This document shows positions 12,582-25,458 of a stretch of 64,000 nucleotides of DNA, piece after piece. Positions within the stretch are counted from its first letter, which is position 1. Each line of letters begins with the position of its first letter. Location: positions 36,022,001-36,086,000 of the forward strand of contig OX597819.1 in the NCBI GenBank assembly GCA_951406725.2, in the 5' to 3' direction. A program made the translations under genes and the position numbers. The notes under the pieces were generated by a model. The model was given only the letters and a program-made list of their open reading frames with translations, ran no database searches and had not been told where the DNA came from. Origin of the DNA: Octopus vulgaris. Its lineage: Eukaryota.

Positions 12582-13143
12582 TCATATGATGCAGTACCAG
12601 GCAGTGGCTCTCAGGCTTCTGATCTTAACTGATTGGAAATGTTATCATGTACATTGTTTCGTCTTGGTATAAAAGATGTACTACAGCAAATATTCTGCTC
12701 AATACCACAGATTTACTTGTCAGTTGTTTGACCTTAACCAGTTGACCATGTCCCTTAGTGGCTGACGATATGTGCATCTCTGATCATGAGCAGAAGTAGT
12801 GGGGGAGCATCATAGCCATGTGTTGAAAGGAGTTCTTAGAGGTTTGAATAATTTACCTTTAGAAACACGGATGTTTTGTTCAACATCCTTAAACAATCCT
12901 TATTCAGGGACCTTTTGAGTGGGATGGGCTACTCAACCAGAAGAAAGTTCTAACTGGGCCCCACCTGCAAGGACATGTGCTGTTTATCTTGATATGAGAT
13001 CACCATGTCGCACACATATGGTTGTGATGCATGTGCCTGGTGTATCCTTATCAGACGGGTAGTCATGATGGGTATACTGGGCTTCGTATATTTTACCCCA
13101 GTGTCACTTTGATGGCATGCACAGCTCTCTCACTCAATAATAA
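12580..13143. mobile_element. Interspersed element flanked on both sides by (AAT)n
   Basis: GC-richer ~560-bp island bounded by (AAT)n on both sides; no clear ORF. Confidence 0.45.
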
Positions 13144-13167
13144 TTATATATATATATACACACACAC

Positions 13168-15295
13168 ACACGAACCCCTCGGCTATTGCGGGTGTTACAT
13201 TCCAAAAAACCCCGGATAGGTGAAAATCTATGAAGTAGAAAGAGTACTGTACTGTATATTTTTTAAAATTATTTTTGTTTATATTTATTTTATCCTTTTT
13301 TATAGATTTAAGCTTTTATAAACTCTCCCCACGCTCTTAGGAGTGACCATGCCTTCTCTTTTTTTGTGGTTGAGGAACATAGTGAAGGGCAGTTACTGGT
13401 ACTGCCTTTTCTTCTGTGTAAGGTAGTTTTTATAAACTTCCATGCCTCCATCAATTGCATTTCCGAACAGCAACTCATGAATCATCTGAGGGTGCCATTC
13501 TTTGAAGTTCTTTTGCCGTTTTTTGCTAGAGTTGAGAAGCATTCTAGTGATAAGCCAACTTCTTCTTCCCCTGGATCCTTTTGTTCTTCATCTTTCTCAC
13601 TTGCTGATTTCGTCATCTTCGTCAGATCTTCATCCATAAATGGATCTTGGTGGGCCTCAATCATGTTATTAACACCCTCAGTAGTCATATAAGTGAAACC
13701 ATCTCCTAGCAATTTTGCCACTACAACGTGGTGGATTTTGTCAGGAGAGACTCTTTTATAGTTGTGGACTGCTTCTCGCCACAATTTCTTCCAGCTGGCA
13801 TTCAAAGTTTCATTCTTCATCTCCTTTATGGTATTCTGAATATTTTGGAGACATGTTGCAATGGTATACCTATGCTAGAACTCCTTCAGCAAAAACTTAT
13901 CATCTGAGTCCATAGCTTTGATCAGGTGTTGCAAGGAACTTTTACATATAGAACACCTGAAAAGCACAAATAATACCTTGATCCATGGGCTGCATATGTG
14001 ATGTGGTGTTTGGCGGTAAGAATTCGATTCGTATGGCCTCATACAACAGGTCGAGCACATGACCTCCACCATTGTTCATTTGGAGAAGCACTTTGAATTC
14101 CAATCGTTTTTCAGTGAGATAAACCTTGACTTTGGAGATGTCTAGAACCTTCTTGTTGTGCCTCCAATGCACTGGCAGCAGGTTCTTACTTTTGTTTTTG
14201 AGGACCCTTGGCTTTTTGGTCTTATAATAAGCCCTGGCTTTATCATAAAGCCTGCAGCATTTCCACACATTATAATTGTGATGTGATCTTTGTATGCCTT
14301 AAATCCAGGGGCTTTAGCTTCCGCCTTCATAATGAAAGTCTGTGATGGCATCCATTTCCAAAAGAGGCCAGTTTCATCCATATTGAAAACTTGTTGACAC
14401 AAATATCGCCCTTCCTTGATGATAGTCTTGATCGTCTTGTTCATGTACTCCTCAGCTGCGGGATTGTCAGCAGAGGCAGCTTCTCCTTGCAGGGACACAC
14501 TCTTAAGGTTGAACCACATTTGAAATTTTATCAAACCAGCCCTTGCTGGCATTATATTCAGTTGGTTTGGTGGGAGATGCCATAGATAGTCCTGGTTCAG
14601 GGCCGTCTGGGTCATCGTCACTGCCATCCGTAAACTTTGCCTTACAGCTGCCTCGCCTTCTCACAGATGGTGTTGGTATCCAGTGCAATGTTCTTTTTCC
14701 TGCAGTTACTGATCCAAAGGGCTAATGCAGACTCCATCCCTATGATGGCCTTATTGCAGAAAGTTACCTCCCTTTTTGCTGTCTTATTAAAAGTCACTTT
14801 TGCTGTCGCCCTTATATTTTTCGTCCTTCTTGATGTAGTGAACAGTACATTCATTGATGCCATAATGGTGGCCAACATCTGCATGCCTTCTCTTTTCCTT
14901 AAGCATGTCAAGGAATCTCACCTTCTCTACTATAGTAAGCATCTTCCTCTGGTGCTTGTGTTCACTGTCAAAAGCCTTAGAAGCTGCAGAACATTTGGGC
15001 GACATTGTAGGGCTTGAAACAAATTCATAATTTTGCACACAAATGCAAAACAACACCACACACTTGTCTCCCAAGTTTTGTTTACCATACAGTATGTGCA
15101 ATTCTTTGTTTACAGTACATTTCTGTTAATATATTTTAATTAATTTGTTATACAATGCAGTACTGTACTGTATTTCTATTTATTAATTTATTAATTCTTA
15201 GGCATGAAAATGCTTATTTTACCACAGAAATAGTTAAAATCTAAAAAAATATAAATATGTATTGTCTGCAGAGATCCACAGTATACTGAGGAGTC
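13168..15295 (-). mobile_element. Tigger/pogo DNA transposon, degenerate
   Basis: Broken frames give the N-terminal HTH (RKMLTIVEKVRFLDML), ASKGWFDK, QVFNMDETGLFWK and FLPPNTTSHMQPMDQGII. Confidence 0.9.
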
Positions 15296-15298
15296 TGC

Positions 15299-15778
15299 AA
15301 GAGCGGCTAACTGGCTTCCGTGCCAGTGGCACTTAAAAGGCACCATTCGAGTGTGATCGTTACCAGCGTCGCACTACTGGTACTCGAGCCCCATGCTAGT
15401 AGGGTATTAAGAGCACCATCCAAGCGTGATTGTTGCCAGAGCGGCTATCTGGCTTCCGTGCCGGTGGCATGTAAAAAACACCATTCGAGCGTGATCGTTA
15501 CTAGCATCGCCTTACTGGCACCCGCGCCGGTGGCATGTGTAAAAGATTCAAGCAAGGTCGTTGCCAGTGCCACCTGACTGGCCCCGTGCTGGTGGCATGT
15601 AAAAGCACCCACTACACTCTCGGAATGGTTGGCATTAGGAAGGGTATCCAACTGTAGAAACTCTGCCAGATCAAGATTGAAGCCTGGTGCAGCCAACTGG
15701 CTCGCCGGCCCTCAGTCACATGTCCAACCCATGCTAGCATGGAAAGCGGACATTAAACGATGATGATGATGATGATGA
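15299..15778 (+). mobile_element. RTE-3'-tail short element with subrepeats
   Basis: Same family as 7810; (GAT)n tail. Confidence 0.8.
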
Positions 15779-15804
15779 CTAGCCATAAAAATCCACAATG
15801 TACA

Positions 15805-16112
15805 AAATAGGAAATTGAAAACTCTTTGATATTATCTATTCATCATTACACATGTTTTACTTGCTAATGGGAGTTACAAAGTTGTATATCTTGAATATAA
15901 ATGCGTAAATTTCTTATTAATTCTTCAAACAGAGAATCAAATAATACTAATAACCAAATCTAATAATACTTGATTCTCTGTTTAAAGAATTTCTAATAAG
16001 AAATTTTAAAAATATTTATCCATCATGTCAAACTTTATAATTTCAATTAGCAAACAAAACATGTATAATGGTGAATAAATAATACCAAATATTTTTCCAA
16101 TTTCCTGTTTTG
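15805..16112. repeat. Degenerate fold-back inverted repeat (~135-bp arms)
   Basis: ...TTCTTCAAACAGAGAATCAA pairs with TTGATTCTCTGTTTAAAGAA..., extending outward to AAAATAGGAAATTG / CAATTTCCTGTTTT. Confidence 0.75.
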
Positions 16113-16150
16113 ATACATGATAATTCTGCCAACAATATTTACAGAATTTT

Positions 16151-16385
16151 AGGATGGTGAGCTGGCAGAATCATTAGCATGCCAGGTGAAGTCCTTAGCG
16201 GTATTTCGTCTGCCGTTACGTTCTGAGTTCAAATTCCGCCGAAGTCGACTTTGCCTTTCATCCTTGCGGGGTTGATTAAATAAGTACCAGTTACGCACTG
16301 GGGTCGATGTAATCAACTTAATACCTTTATCTGTCATTGTTTGTCCACTCTATGTTTTACCCCCCTTTGGGCAATAAAGAAATAA
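16151..16385 (+). mobile_element. tRNA-derived SINE family B
   Basis: GAGCTGGCAGAATCATTAGC head, GAGTTCAAATTC B-box-like motif, AATAAAGAAATAAA tail. Confidence 0.8.
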
Positions 16386-17276
16386 ATATTTACAGAATTT
16401 TCAATTCTACGTAATATGTACTTCGCATAAATGCAGCAACTACATGCTCAATTGTAATACTAGAATAAGCAGATGTATTTTAAGGGGCACTACTTGGATT
16501 TTACTCTACCTACATAACACACAAACACACACACATGCGTGTACACACACATGCGTGTACACACACATACACGCACATACATATAAATAGATAATAATAA
16601 GGATTCTTCATAGAATCATGTACTTAAAAAATATGCACCAAGAAGGGTTGGTCAATTAAATATCCACTAGGATATTCAGGTCGTGCACACAAAGAAAACC
16701 ACCCCTATGAGTATTAAGCATCTAGGGGCTGATCCAAAGTACATGTTGGGCTAATCATACATCGTTTGGTATACTCCAGGGTGTCTGAATTGTTGCGAAT
16801 CCCTATGGTGTATTATAAGAGAATGAGTAATAAAAGGCGATGGATAAATGTCAGCTCATTACAACTGTTTCTTCCACATTTTTTAATAGAAGAATGAATA
16901 CATTCTTCAAAAAAACTTCATGAGTGATGAGTACACCACTTCAAACCACCCCCACCCACGTAATCATCAGATGGGGTGGGTGGGTGGGTACAGGTAGTAA
17001 ACTGGAGTTAGCTAGACTGGTTTATTTCAGAAACTGGAGAAGATGTGTAGGCAATTATAGTGTAATTTATTATACTAGGCTTTGCAAAGTGGGTAGCAGG
17101 GAATGAATGGAAGAAAGAAAAAATTAATAAATAAATGAATATATGCATAAGAAAAGCCACTTAAGTGCAGGCCTGGGGTGTATCAAGCCCTTGCTAAAGA
17201 TCAAAGTTCAAAAAGAGGAGTGTAGAGACACCTACAGGATTACAGTAGATAGGGGTTGGCTTCTCTTATGCATATT

Positions 17277-17677
17277 CTTTTATTCTTTTATATGTTCCAG
17301 TCATTTGACTGTGGCCATGCTGGAGCACTGCCTTTACTCAAGCAAATTGACCCAGGACTTATTCTTTGTAAGCCTAGTACTTATTCTATCAGTCTCTCTT
17401 GCCGAACTGCTAAGTGACGGGGATGTAAACACACCAGCATCGGTTGTCAAGTGATGTTGGGGGGACAAACACAGACACACAAATATACACACATACATAT
17501 ATATATATATACATGTATATACGATGGGCTTCTTTCAGTTTCTGCCTACCAAATCCACTCACAAGGCTTTGGTCGGCTCAAGGCTATAATAGAAGATACG
17601 TGCCCAAGGTGCCATGCAGTGGGACTGAACCCGGAACCATGTGGTTGGTAAGCAAGCTACTTACCACACAGCCACTC
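17277..17677 (-). mobile_element. SINE family A
   Basis: Reverse-complement full-length copy. Confidence 0.85.
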
Positions 17678-18000
17678 TTATTTATCTTTTCTTTTTCCCA
17701 TTCATTCCCTGCTGCTCATTTTCCTATGCCTAGTATAATAAATTACACTATAATTGCATAATTGTGTACACATCTTCTCCAGTCTCTGAAATAAACCAGT
17801 CTAGCTGACTCTGATTTATTTCCTCTACCTCACCACTGCCCCGGTCACTGACCATAAATATCATATTGCACCTTTTCACCCCATCCACTCATGCCCATAA
17901 CAGCCAATCTTTGTTGGTTTTCTCCAATTTCATGGTCAGCTTTGGCTGGCTTCAGGCATGTTCTCACTGTCTTCTTGGGATATCCTATTGTTTTGAAATT

Positions 18001-18079
18001 GCTTCCTCTGATGATTACGGTTTTTTGAAGTGATGTAATGTACTCATTAAAAAATGAGTAAGAAACAGCTGTAATGACC
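18001..18079 (+). ncRNA. Hammerhead motif with long stem II
   Basis: CTGATGA-[TTAC..TTTTTTGA..TGA...TCA.TAAAAAA..GTAA]-GAAAC-AGCT-GTA. Stem I is decayed here; the mirror copy at 16854-16931 (-) has CTCAT/ATGAG but a CTCATGA core. Confidence 0.6.
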
Positions 18080-18113
18080 TGACATTTATCCATCGTCTGT
18101 TATTATTCATTTG

Positions 18114-18170
<57 letters not shown>

Positions 18171-18242
18171 CAAAATGAGATAACAAAGCCAAGGCTGTGA
18201 CTAGTTTTCAGGACACTTATAAGGAAAAAGATATAGATATAG

Positions 18243-18288
18243 TCTTACAGCTGTTTCTGGGATATTATGGATACCTCTTCATCAGAGA
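18243..18288 (-). ncRNA. Minimal type I hammerhead ribozyme
   Basis: Minus strand TCT-CTGATGA-agaggtatccataatatccca-GAAAC-AGCT-GTA-AGA; palindromic loop III, GUA site. Confidence 0.65.
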
Positions 18289-19291
18289 TGATGTCAGATG
18301 GTTAAACAGAGGTAAATATTTAAGTTCAAAATAAGGAATTATTATGGTAAAGGAGGAGATAGGGAATATAGAGGGAATTAAGAGAATGGAAGTAGAAATA
18401 AAATATAAAATATATAAAGATATTGTAGTTGTAGTTCTATTATTCAAGGAAAGTGGGGTATAGAAGTGGTAAAGTTTATAAAACTGATGTAATGCTTACA
18501 GTGTTTAATAAAATGAAGTAGCATGAAACAATTGTACTAGTCTACATTGGGTATACTTGTTGCTTATTTTGATTATAATCACCCCATTTAATTCATATGG
18601 ATAATACCATACAAAATTCTTGTGACTTTAACTTAAGTACCATATTCATCTGAATCTATATATATATATGCCTACATCTATCTTTTTATATATGTATGTG
18701 TGAGCATACATAAATCCAGACATCTAAAATTGTAGATGTTGCATAAATATGTAAGAAATCTCCTTCTGTTGAAATAACTAATAGTGATTTCTAACATAAG
18801 GACAAGACAAGGCCAGAAATTTAAAGGGTAGAAAGTGTTGATAAAATCAACCCCAGTACTTGACTGGTATTTTATTGTATTACCTATGGAAAGATGAAAA
18901 GTAGAGGTATATATAAAGTACCAGTCAAATACTTATTACCCCTTAAATTTCTGGATTTGTCTGATCCCTAAGTTACAAATTACCATTTGTTATTTTAAGA
19001 TGAGAATCTTAAAGCCATGTGGTTGGGAAGCAAGCTTCTTACCACAGAACTACTCCTATATATTTATATATGTATGTATATATAAAACAAAACAAAAAAT
19101 GGAACAAGAACATAACAGGCGACAACAAGACACATGGACAGTTAGACAATACAAAAAAGGACAGGAAAAATAATAATGGGTCACTTGGAGTTTTCAATCT
19201 TCAGTCAAGTACCAGATTGTCCTAGCAGTTTCAGCCGCTTTTAATATATATGTGTGTGTATATGTACATATATATATATATATGTATATAT

Positions 19292-19348
<57 letters not shown>

Positions 19349-19606
19349 CATTCAGCCTGCAGTCAAATTTTCTTTAAATCTCTGGAATAACATTAAGTAT
19401 CTTTCAAAAGGTCTCTGATATTAAAATGTAAAACTAATATGCACTGGATATCAAGTTTCTAAACACCATACTGAAAACTGGAGTATTAGATATATGATAC
19501 CTGAGGGAAAAAAAGGAAAAAAGAAAAAAGTGGCCATAGATGGAGTGCTTTTTTTCACAGGTTTGCTCAATTAGATTTGACTTGATACCAAAAAAAAAAA
19601 AAAAAA

Positions 19607-19634
<28 letters not shown>

Positions 19635-19638
<4 letters not shown>

Positions 19639-21038
19639 TAATAATAATGGAGGAGTTCTGGAAGAAGGTATGGAGCAATGAAAAAGAGTTTAATGCTGAG
19701 GCTGACTGGATAGAATGTGAGAGAGAGAGACTGGATGAACTTGAAGAACAGAAATGGGAAGCAATAGGAATAGAGGAGCTAAGGTGTGTCCTTAGGAAGG
19801 CTCATAAATGGAAAACCCCAGGACTGGATCGGATCCCTAACTTCTGGCTGAATTGTTTGACAGAGGTACACGAACATCTCGCTGCATCTCTGTCTGATGT
19901 CATTCAGAACCCAGAGCAAATACCTGCTTGGCTGACTGAAGGAACCACCTACCTATTACCTAAAACCGAAGACACAAAAAACCCAAAGAATTACCGGCCA
20001 ATAACATGTCTCAACACCACCTACAAAATCCTCACATCCATAATAACGGAGAGAATGTACGCTTTCCTTGAACAAAATTCTATCCTTCCACAAGCTCAAA
20101 AAAGTTGTAAAAGAAACTCTTATGGGTGCAAAGACCAATTGCTCATAAACAGAATGATTGTAGAGAATTGCCGGAGCAAAAACAAAAACCTGAGTATGGC
20201 ATGGATAGACTACAGGAAAGCGTATGACAGTGTCCCACATAAATGGATACTCAAGGCCCTTGAGATATACAAGATCTCTCCTGTCGTCTCAAAATTCTTA
20301 GAGAATAGCATGACCATGTGGAACACACGTCTCTTTCTAAGCCATAGTAATGGGATGAGCCAGTCCAACAGCATCAACATCAAACGAGGCATCTTTCAAG
20401 GTGACTCCCTCTCTCCATTACTTTTTTGCATGGCACTGGTCCCACTCTCAAACGAATTGGATAGTACCAGATACGGGTACAAAGTTTTTAGTAAGTTAAT
20501 AAACCACCTTTTCTATATGGACGACCTAAAGCTGTTTGCCAGGAATGACCAAGAGCTAGAAGGGCTACTAACAACTGTTAAAGAGTTTAGCAATGATATC
20601 GGAATGGATTTTGGCCTTGATAAGTGTGCTAAAGCAACTTTTGTAAGAGGCAAGCTCAGGCAAACAGCTTCTGTTAAATTAGATATTGACACTACCATCA
20701 AGGAACTTGACCCACAGGAAAGTTACAAATACCTAGGAATCAACGAAGGAGATGGTATACATCATGCTACTATGAAGGAAAAAATAAGAAAGGAATACTA
20801 TAGGAGAATAAGGCTTGTACTGAAGACTGAACTCAACTCCAAAAATTGCATTGAGGCCATTAACACCCTGGCACTTCCAGTAGTCCAGTACAGTTTTAAC
20901 ATCATTAACTGGAACCTTACGGAACTCCAACGCTTGGACAGGAAGACAAGAAAGTTACTGACATCCAAGAGCATGCACCACCCTAAGGCAGATGTAGACC
21001 GCTTGTACCTACCTAGAAGCAGCGGGGGAGAGGAATGA
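19635..21038 (+). CDS. Reverse transcriptase portion of the LINE ORF
   Basis: 467-aa open frame with a YMDD catalytic motif; the start codon is an artefact of the 5' truncation. Confidence 0.85.
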
Positions 21039-22204
21039 TGCAATTAGAGCTGTGCTATAAGACTTCTACTGTAGGAATGAACAGGTACCTATCTAGTACA
21101 AAGGACTGGATGCTGCGACTTGTGTGCGAACACGAAAGCAGCAAAAAGCTACATTCTATTGTCAAGGAAGCTTATAAGTTCGAAAGGGAACTAGACATTA
21201 ACCTTGAATCAGATGAAGAGCCGGAAACCACTGCTACCAAGCAAGCAAAGCGAATCAAACAGACTGCAAAAAAGAACGGGCAGAATCAAATTGAGAGGTG
21301 GTGGAGCCAGAAGCCCCTGCATGGACAATATATTCTCCGAAGCCAAAATGCTGATGTAGACCAAGCAACAACCCATCAGTGGCTGAAGAGCTCTGGATTG
21401 AAAGCAGAGACTGAAGGTTTCATAATGGCAGCACAAGATCAAAGCTTGTTTACCAGAAATTACCAGGCTAACGTTCTCCGAAACGGTACTGACCCTAAAT
21501 GCAGATTCTGCGACACATTTGACGAAACAATAGACCATCTCGTTTTGGGATGTCCTGTGCTGACACCAAACGAATACAAAAATCGCCACGATAGGGTAGG
21601 ACAGTATATACATTGGAAGATATGTAAACACTACAAATCCGACACTCCTGCTAACTGGTATGAACACCATCCTCAGCCAGTTGTTGAAGGTAAAGATGTC
21701 ACCATCCTCTGGGATTTTCCAGTCAACACTGACAGAACGATCAAGGCTAATCGACCAGACATAATTGTTAAAGACAGGGAAGAAAATACCTGCAGACTAA
21801 TAGAAGTAAGCGTCCCCACTGATAAAAATGTATCTGTCAAGGAATTTGACAAACTTAGTAAATATAAGGACCTGGAAATCGAAATACAGAGGATGTGGAA
21901 TCTTAAAACAAAAACTGTTCCTGTTATTGTAGGTGCCCTAGGTATGATAAAAAAGGGATGTCAGAAACACCTAGACAATATCCCTGGAAAACCATGTCTC
22001 AAGGAAATCCAAAAGATTGTGCTAACAAGTACTGCCCACATCCTTAGAAAAACCCTATCAATGTAAATGTATGTGTTTGCATTACATGGAGATATATCTC
22101 CCCAAGCTTTCAGCTATATTTCAACAACTCTTAACCTTCACTTGCCCTAGGGCGCTGGGTGTGCTCCGGCAGGTGATTGTATCAAACATGCAGATTAAAA
22201 GTAA

Positions 22205-22205
<1 letters not shown>
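19647..22205 (+). mobile_element. R4/Dong-clade non-LTR retrotransposon (RT + CCHC + restriction-like endonuclease), 5'-truncated, one frameshift
   Basis: NYRPITCL, GIFQGDSLSPLLF, HLFYMDDLKL, YKYLG, CRFC..ETIDHLVLGC and RPDIIV..IEVSVP..KLSKY motifs; flanked on both sides by (TAA)n. Confidence 0.92.
21035..22066 (+). CDS. C-terminal zinc knuckle / RLE endonuclease portion of the LINE ORF
   Basis: 343-aa open frame with CCHC and PD-(D/E)xK-like motifs. Confidence 0.85.
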   Translation: MMQLELCYKTSTVGMNRYLSSTKDWMLRLVCEHESSKKLHSIVKEAYKFERELDINLESDEEPETTATKQAKRIKQTAKKNGQNQIERWWSQKPLHGQYILRSQNADVDQATTHQWLKSSGLKAETEGFIMAAQDQSLFTRNYQANVLRNGTDPKCRFCDTFDETIDHLVLGCPVLTPNEYKNRHDRVGQYIHWKICKHYKSDTPANWYEHHPQPVVEGKDVTILWDFPVNTDRTIKANRPDIIVKDREENTCRLIEVSVPTDKNVSVKEFDKLSKYKDLEIEIQRMWNLKTKTVPVIVGALGMIKKGCQKHLDNIPGKPCLKEIQKIVLTSTAHILRKTLSM

Positions 22206-22412
<207 letters not shown>

Positions 22413-22798
22413 ACAGCAACAGCATGGTTTTATCTGAATCCTGTTCCCTGAAAGAGTTGTTTTAATATATAGCGATTCAAAGAAGGAGCTGATATAAGCC
22501 TCTATTGCTTCAATATCAGTTAATTTGTACTTGTTCAAATATCGCATGGCTGAGTGGATTGGTTACTGAAACATGAGCTGGTGTCAGGAATATTTTGGGG
22601 AAGACAGGTTGCGAATTCATATTTCTGAGTGTCATGTTCTTGGCAGAGAAATATGAGAAGTTAATAGTTTATAGACTTAGCAACGTTTTCTGTTGTTGCC
22701 CAAGAGGAATTTTGATTCTTCATAGTTGAACTCACTGGCAGTCACGGATAAAATATAAACCATATTGGCATTTATTGCATATTCACACACTCGCACAT

Positions 22799-22843
<45 letters not shown>

Positions 22844-22915
22844 CACACCAACATACATGACACACATTGATACACACACACACACATTTATGTATATGTA
22901 TATATGTACTGTATA

Positions 22916-22975
<60 letters not shown>

Positions 22976-23428
22976 TATCGCACTTTATAGAAAAATATAT
23001 ATCTCTCACTCTGTGTGTGTTTGTGTGTCAAACCACCTAGCCCATACCAGTATTGAAAACGGATGTTAAATGATGATGATGATATGGTAGGAAGCTTTCC
23101 CCTCAACTACATGGTTCTGGGTTCATGCCCACTTCATGGCATCATGGGTAGGTGCCTTCTACTTTAGCCTTGAGCTTACCAAAGCCTTCTGAGTGGATTT
23201 GGTAGACTGAAACTGAACGAAACCCATCACACACACACACACACACATATAAGTTTCTGTCTACCAAATCCACTCACAAGGCTTTGGTCAGCCCGAAATC
23301 TTTAATAGAAGACACTTGCCCAAGGTGCCATGCAGTAAGACTGAACCTGGAATCATGTGGTTGGGAAGCAAGCTTCTTACCACAGAACCACTCCTATATA
23401 TTTGTATATGTATATATACATATATATA

Positions 23429-23498
<70 letters not shown>

Positions 23499-23541
23499 GA
23501 TAAATCTCAGAGCGAGTTATAAACAGTAGCGGTAACACATT

Positions 23542-23646
23542 GTGATGCATATATGCCATTTGAATATGGCTAACCCATAAGGGTGGATGCTACTGTAGCA
23601 TCCACCCTTATGGGTTAGCCATATTCAAATGGCATATATGCATCAC
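23542..23646. repeat. Perfect 105-bp palindrome (52-bp arms, 1-nt centre)
   Basis: 23542-23593 is the exact reverse complement of 23595-23646; the element lies between two (TA)n tracts. Confidence 0.95.
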
Positions 23647-23647
23647 G

Positions 23648-23684
<37 letters not shown>

Positions 23685-23690
23685 TATATA

Positions 23691-23765
<75 letters not shown>

Positions 23766-23842
23766 GCACATATAGGTACAGGACGTCACCAACTGTGTAA
23801 GCAGCACGAAATATGTAGACAAACAAGTTAAATACGTAAACA

Positions 23843-24256
23843 TGAGTGGCTGTGTGGTAAGTAGCTTGCTTACCAACCACATGGTTCCGGGTTCAGTCCC
23901 ACTGCGTGGCACCTTGGGCAAGTGTCTTCTACTATAGCCTCGGGCCGACCAAAGCCTTGTGAGTGGATTTGGTAGACGGAAACTGAAAGAAGCCCGTCGT
24001 ATATATGTATATATATATACATATGTGTATGTGTGTGTATATGTTTGTGTGTCTGTATTTGTCCCCCCCAACATCGCTTGACAACCGATGCTGGTGTGTT
24101 TACGTCCCCGTAACTTAGCGGTTCGGCAAAAAAGACCAATAAAATAAGTACTGGGCTTACAAAGAATAAGTCCCGGGGTCGAGTTGCTCGATTAAAGGCG
24201 GTGCTCCAGCATGGCCGCAGTCAAATGACTGAAACAAATAAAAGAGTAAAAGAGTA
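23843..24256 (+). mobile_element. SINE family A (young, CpG-intact) inserted in another repeat
   Basis: Full body and tail. The flanks join up to match the uninterrupted repeat at 40560-40700. Confidence 0.9.
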
Positions 24257-24973
24257 ATGATAGAGAGAAAAAAAATGGAAAACAGGTCAAGTAAGCACTG
24301 AGAAAAGATCCTTCATCAGTTGCCGGCTGTCTATCTACTCATTTCGAGCATTCAGCAACAATGTGAGTCTTCAAAGACAGTTGCTTCTAAAAATTCTAAA
24401 ATAAAATTCAGGATGTATCGAGGGTCAAAGTTGGGAACAAAAACAGGACAAAAACAGATACAAGAAAACCGAATGACTAACATGGAGGAATGTTGGACCA
24501 GATTGAGAAGAAAATAGTGAATCCTGGGAGAAATATTTTCTTTAAAAAGAGAAAAGAGAAAAAAAGAGAGAAACAACATCCAGTCCTTTGAATGTCGGTG
24601 CAGGCAAAGAAAGATGGACGATGGTCACATGTGAGTAATGAGAGAGAGAAAAAGAGAAAGAGGGGGAGAGATAGAGATAGATAGAAAATGGTGAAAAGGG
24701 GATATATATATATATATATATATAGGGAGATAGATTGATAAATAGATAGATAGATAGATAGATATACAGAGAGAGAGAAAGAAATAGATTGATAAATGAA
24801 CCTGAATTTGCACATATACACAATACAATTATACATACATACATACACACACATATAAATGCATACAAACACATACATGCATACACATGCACACAAACAT
24901 GCACACACATACACGCATGAACACACACACACATGCACACACATACACACACGAACATACACACACACACATG

Positions 24974-25019
<46 letters not shown>

Positions 25020-25458
25020 TATTTTTTCGTGTCCAAATAATTATCAAGTGGATTTATCAATGACTTTCATTTAACACCTGCTTCATTTAATTCAGTCCTG
25101 TTGATGGAACTGAATAGTTTCCAGTGATAATTAACAGTTAATTAGCACTTTGTTGTAGCACCTCATAGCACAGCCACCATTGTGTTTTACATACTTAAAC
25201 ATCCTTCCTGAATCAAAATATTTCATTACAGCATTCCAACATATTTTCTCTTATTGAAGTCAACGAAGGAGTCTCTTTACACTTACATGACTGACTAGAA
25301 ATAGCAGCTATATCACTCTTTTGTAGCAACAAATCATCTTAAATAAATAAAGAAGTATATCAGACAATGTATTCTTGCATACATCAAAAAGATTGGATGG
25401 TCATAGATAAAATGTCTTTAACCCTTAACCTGTCCAAAACATTTTCATAAGTTTGTCC

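Larger units (their letters stand above)
16825..18110. repeat. Large inverted repeat (16825-17140 vs 17680-18110) with a hammerhead motif in each arm; SINE A lies in the spacer
   Basis: GCTAGACTGGTTTATTTCAGA.ACTGGAGAAGATGTGTA pairs with TACACATCTTCTCCAGT.TCTGAAATAAACCAGTCTAGC, and GGATAAATGTCAG pairs with CTGACATTTATCC. Confidence 0.8.
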
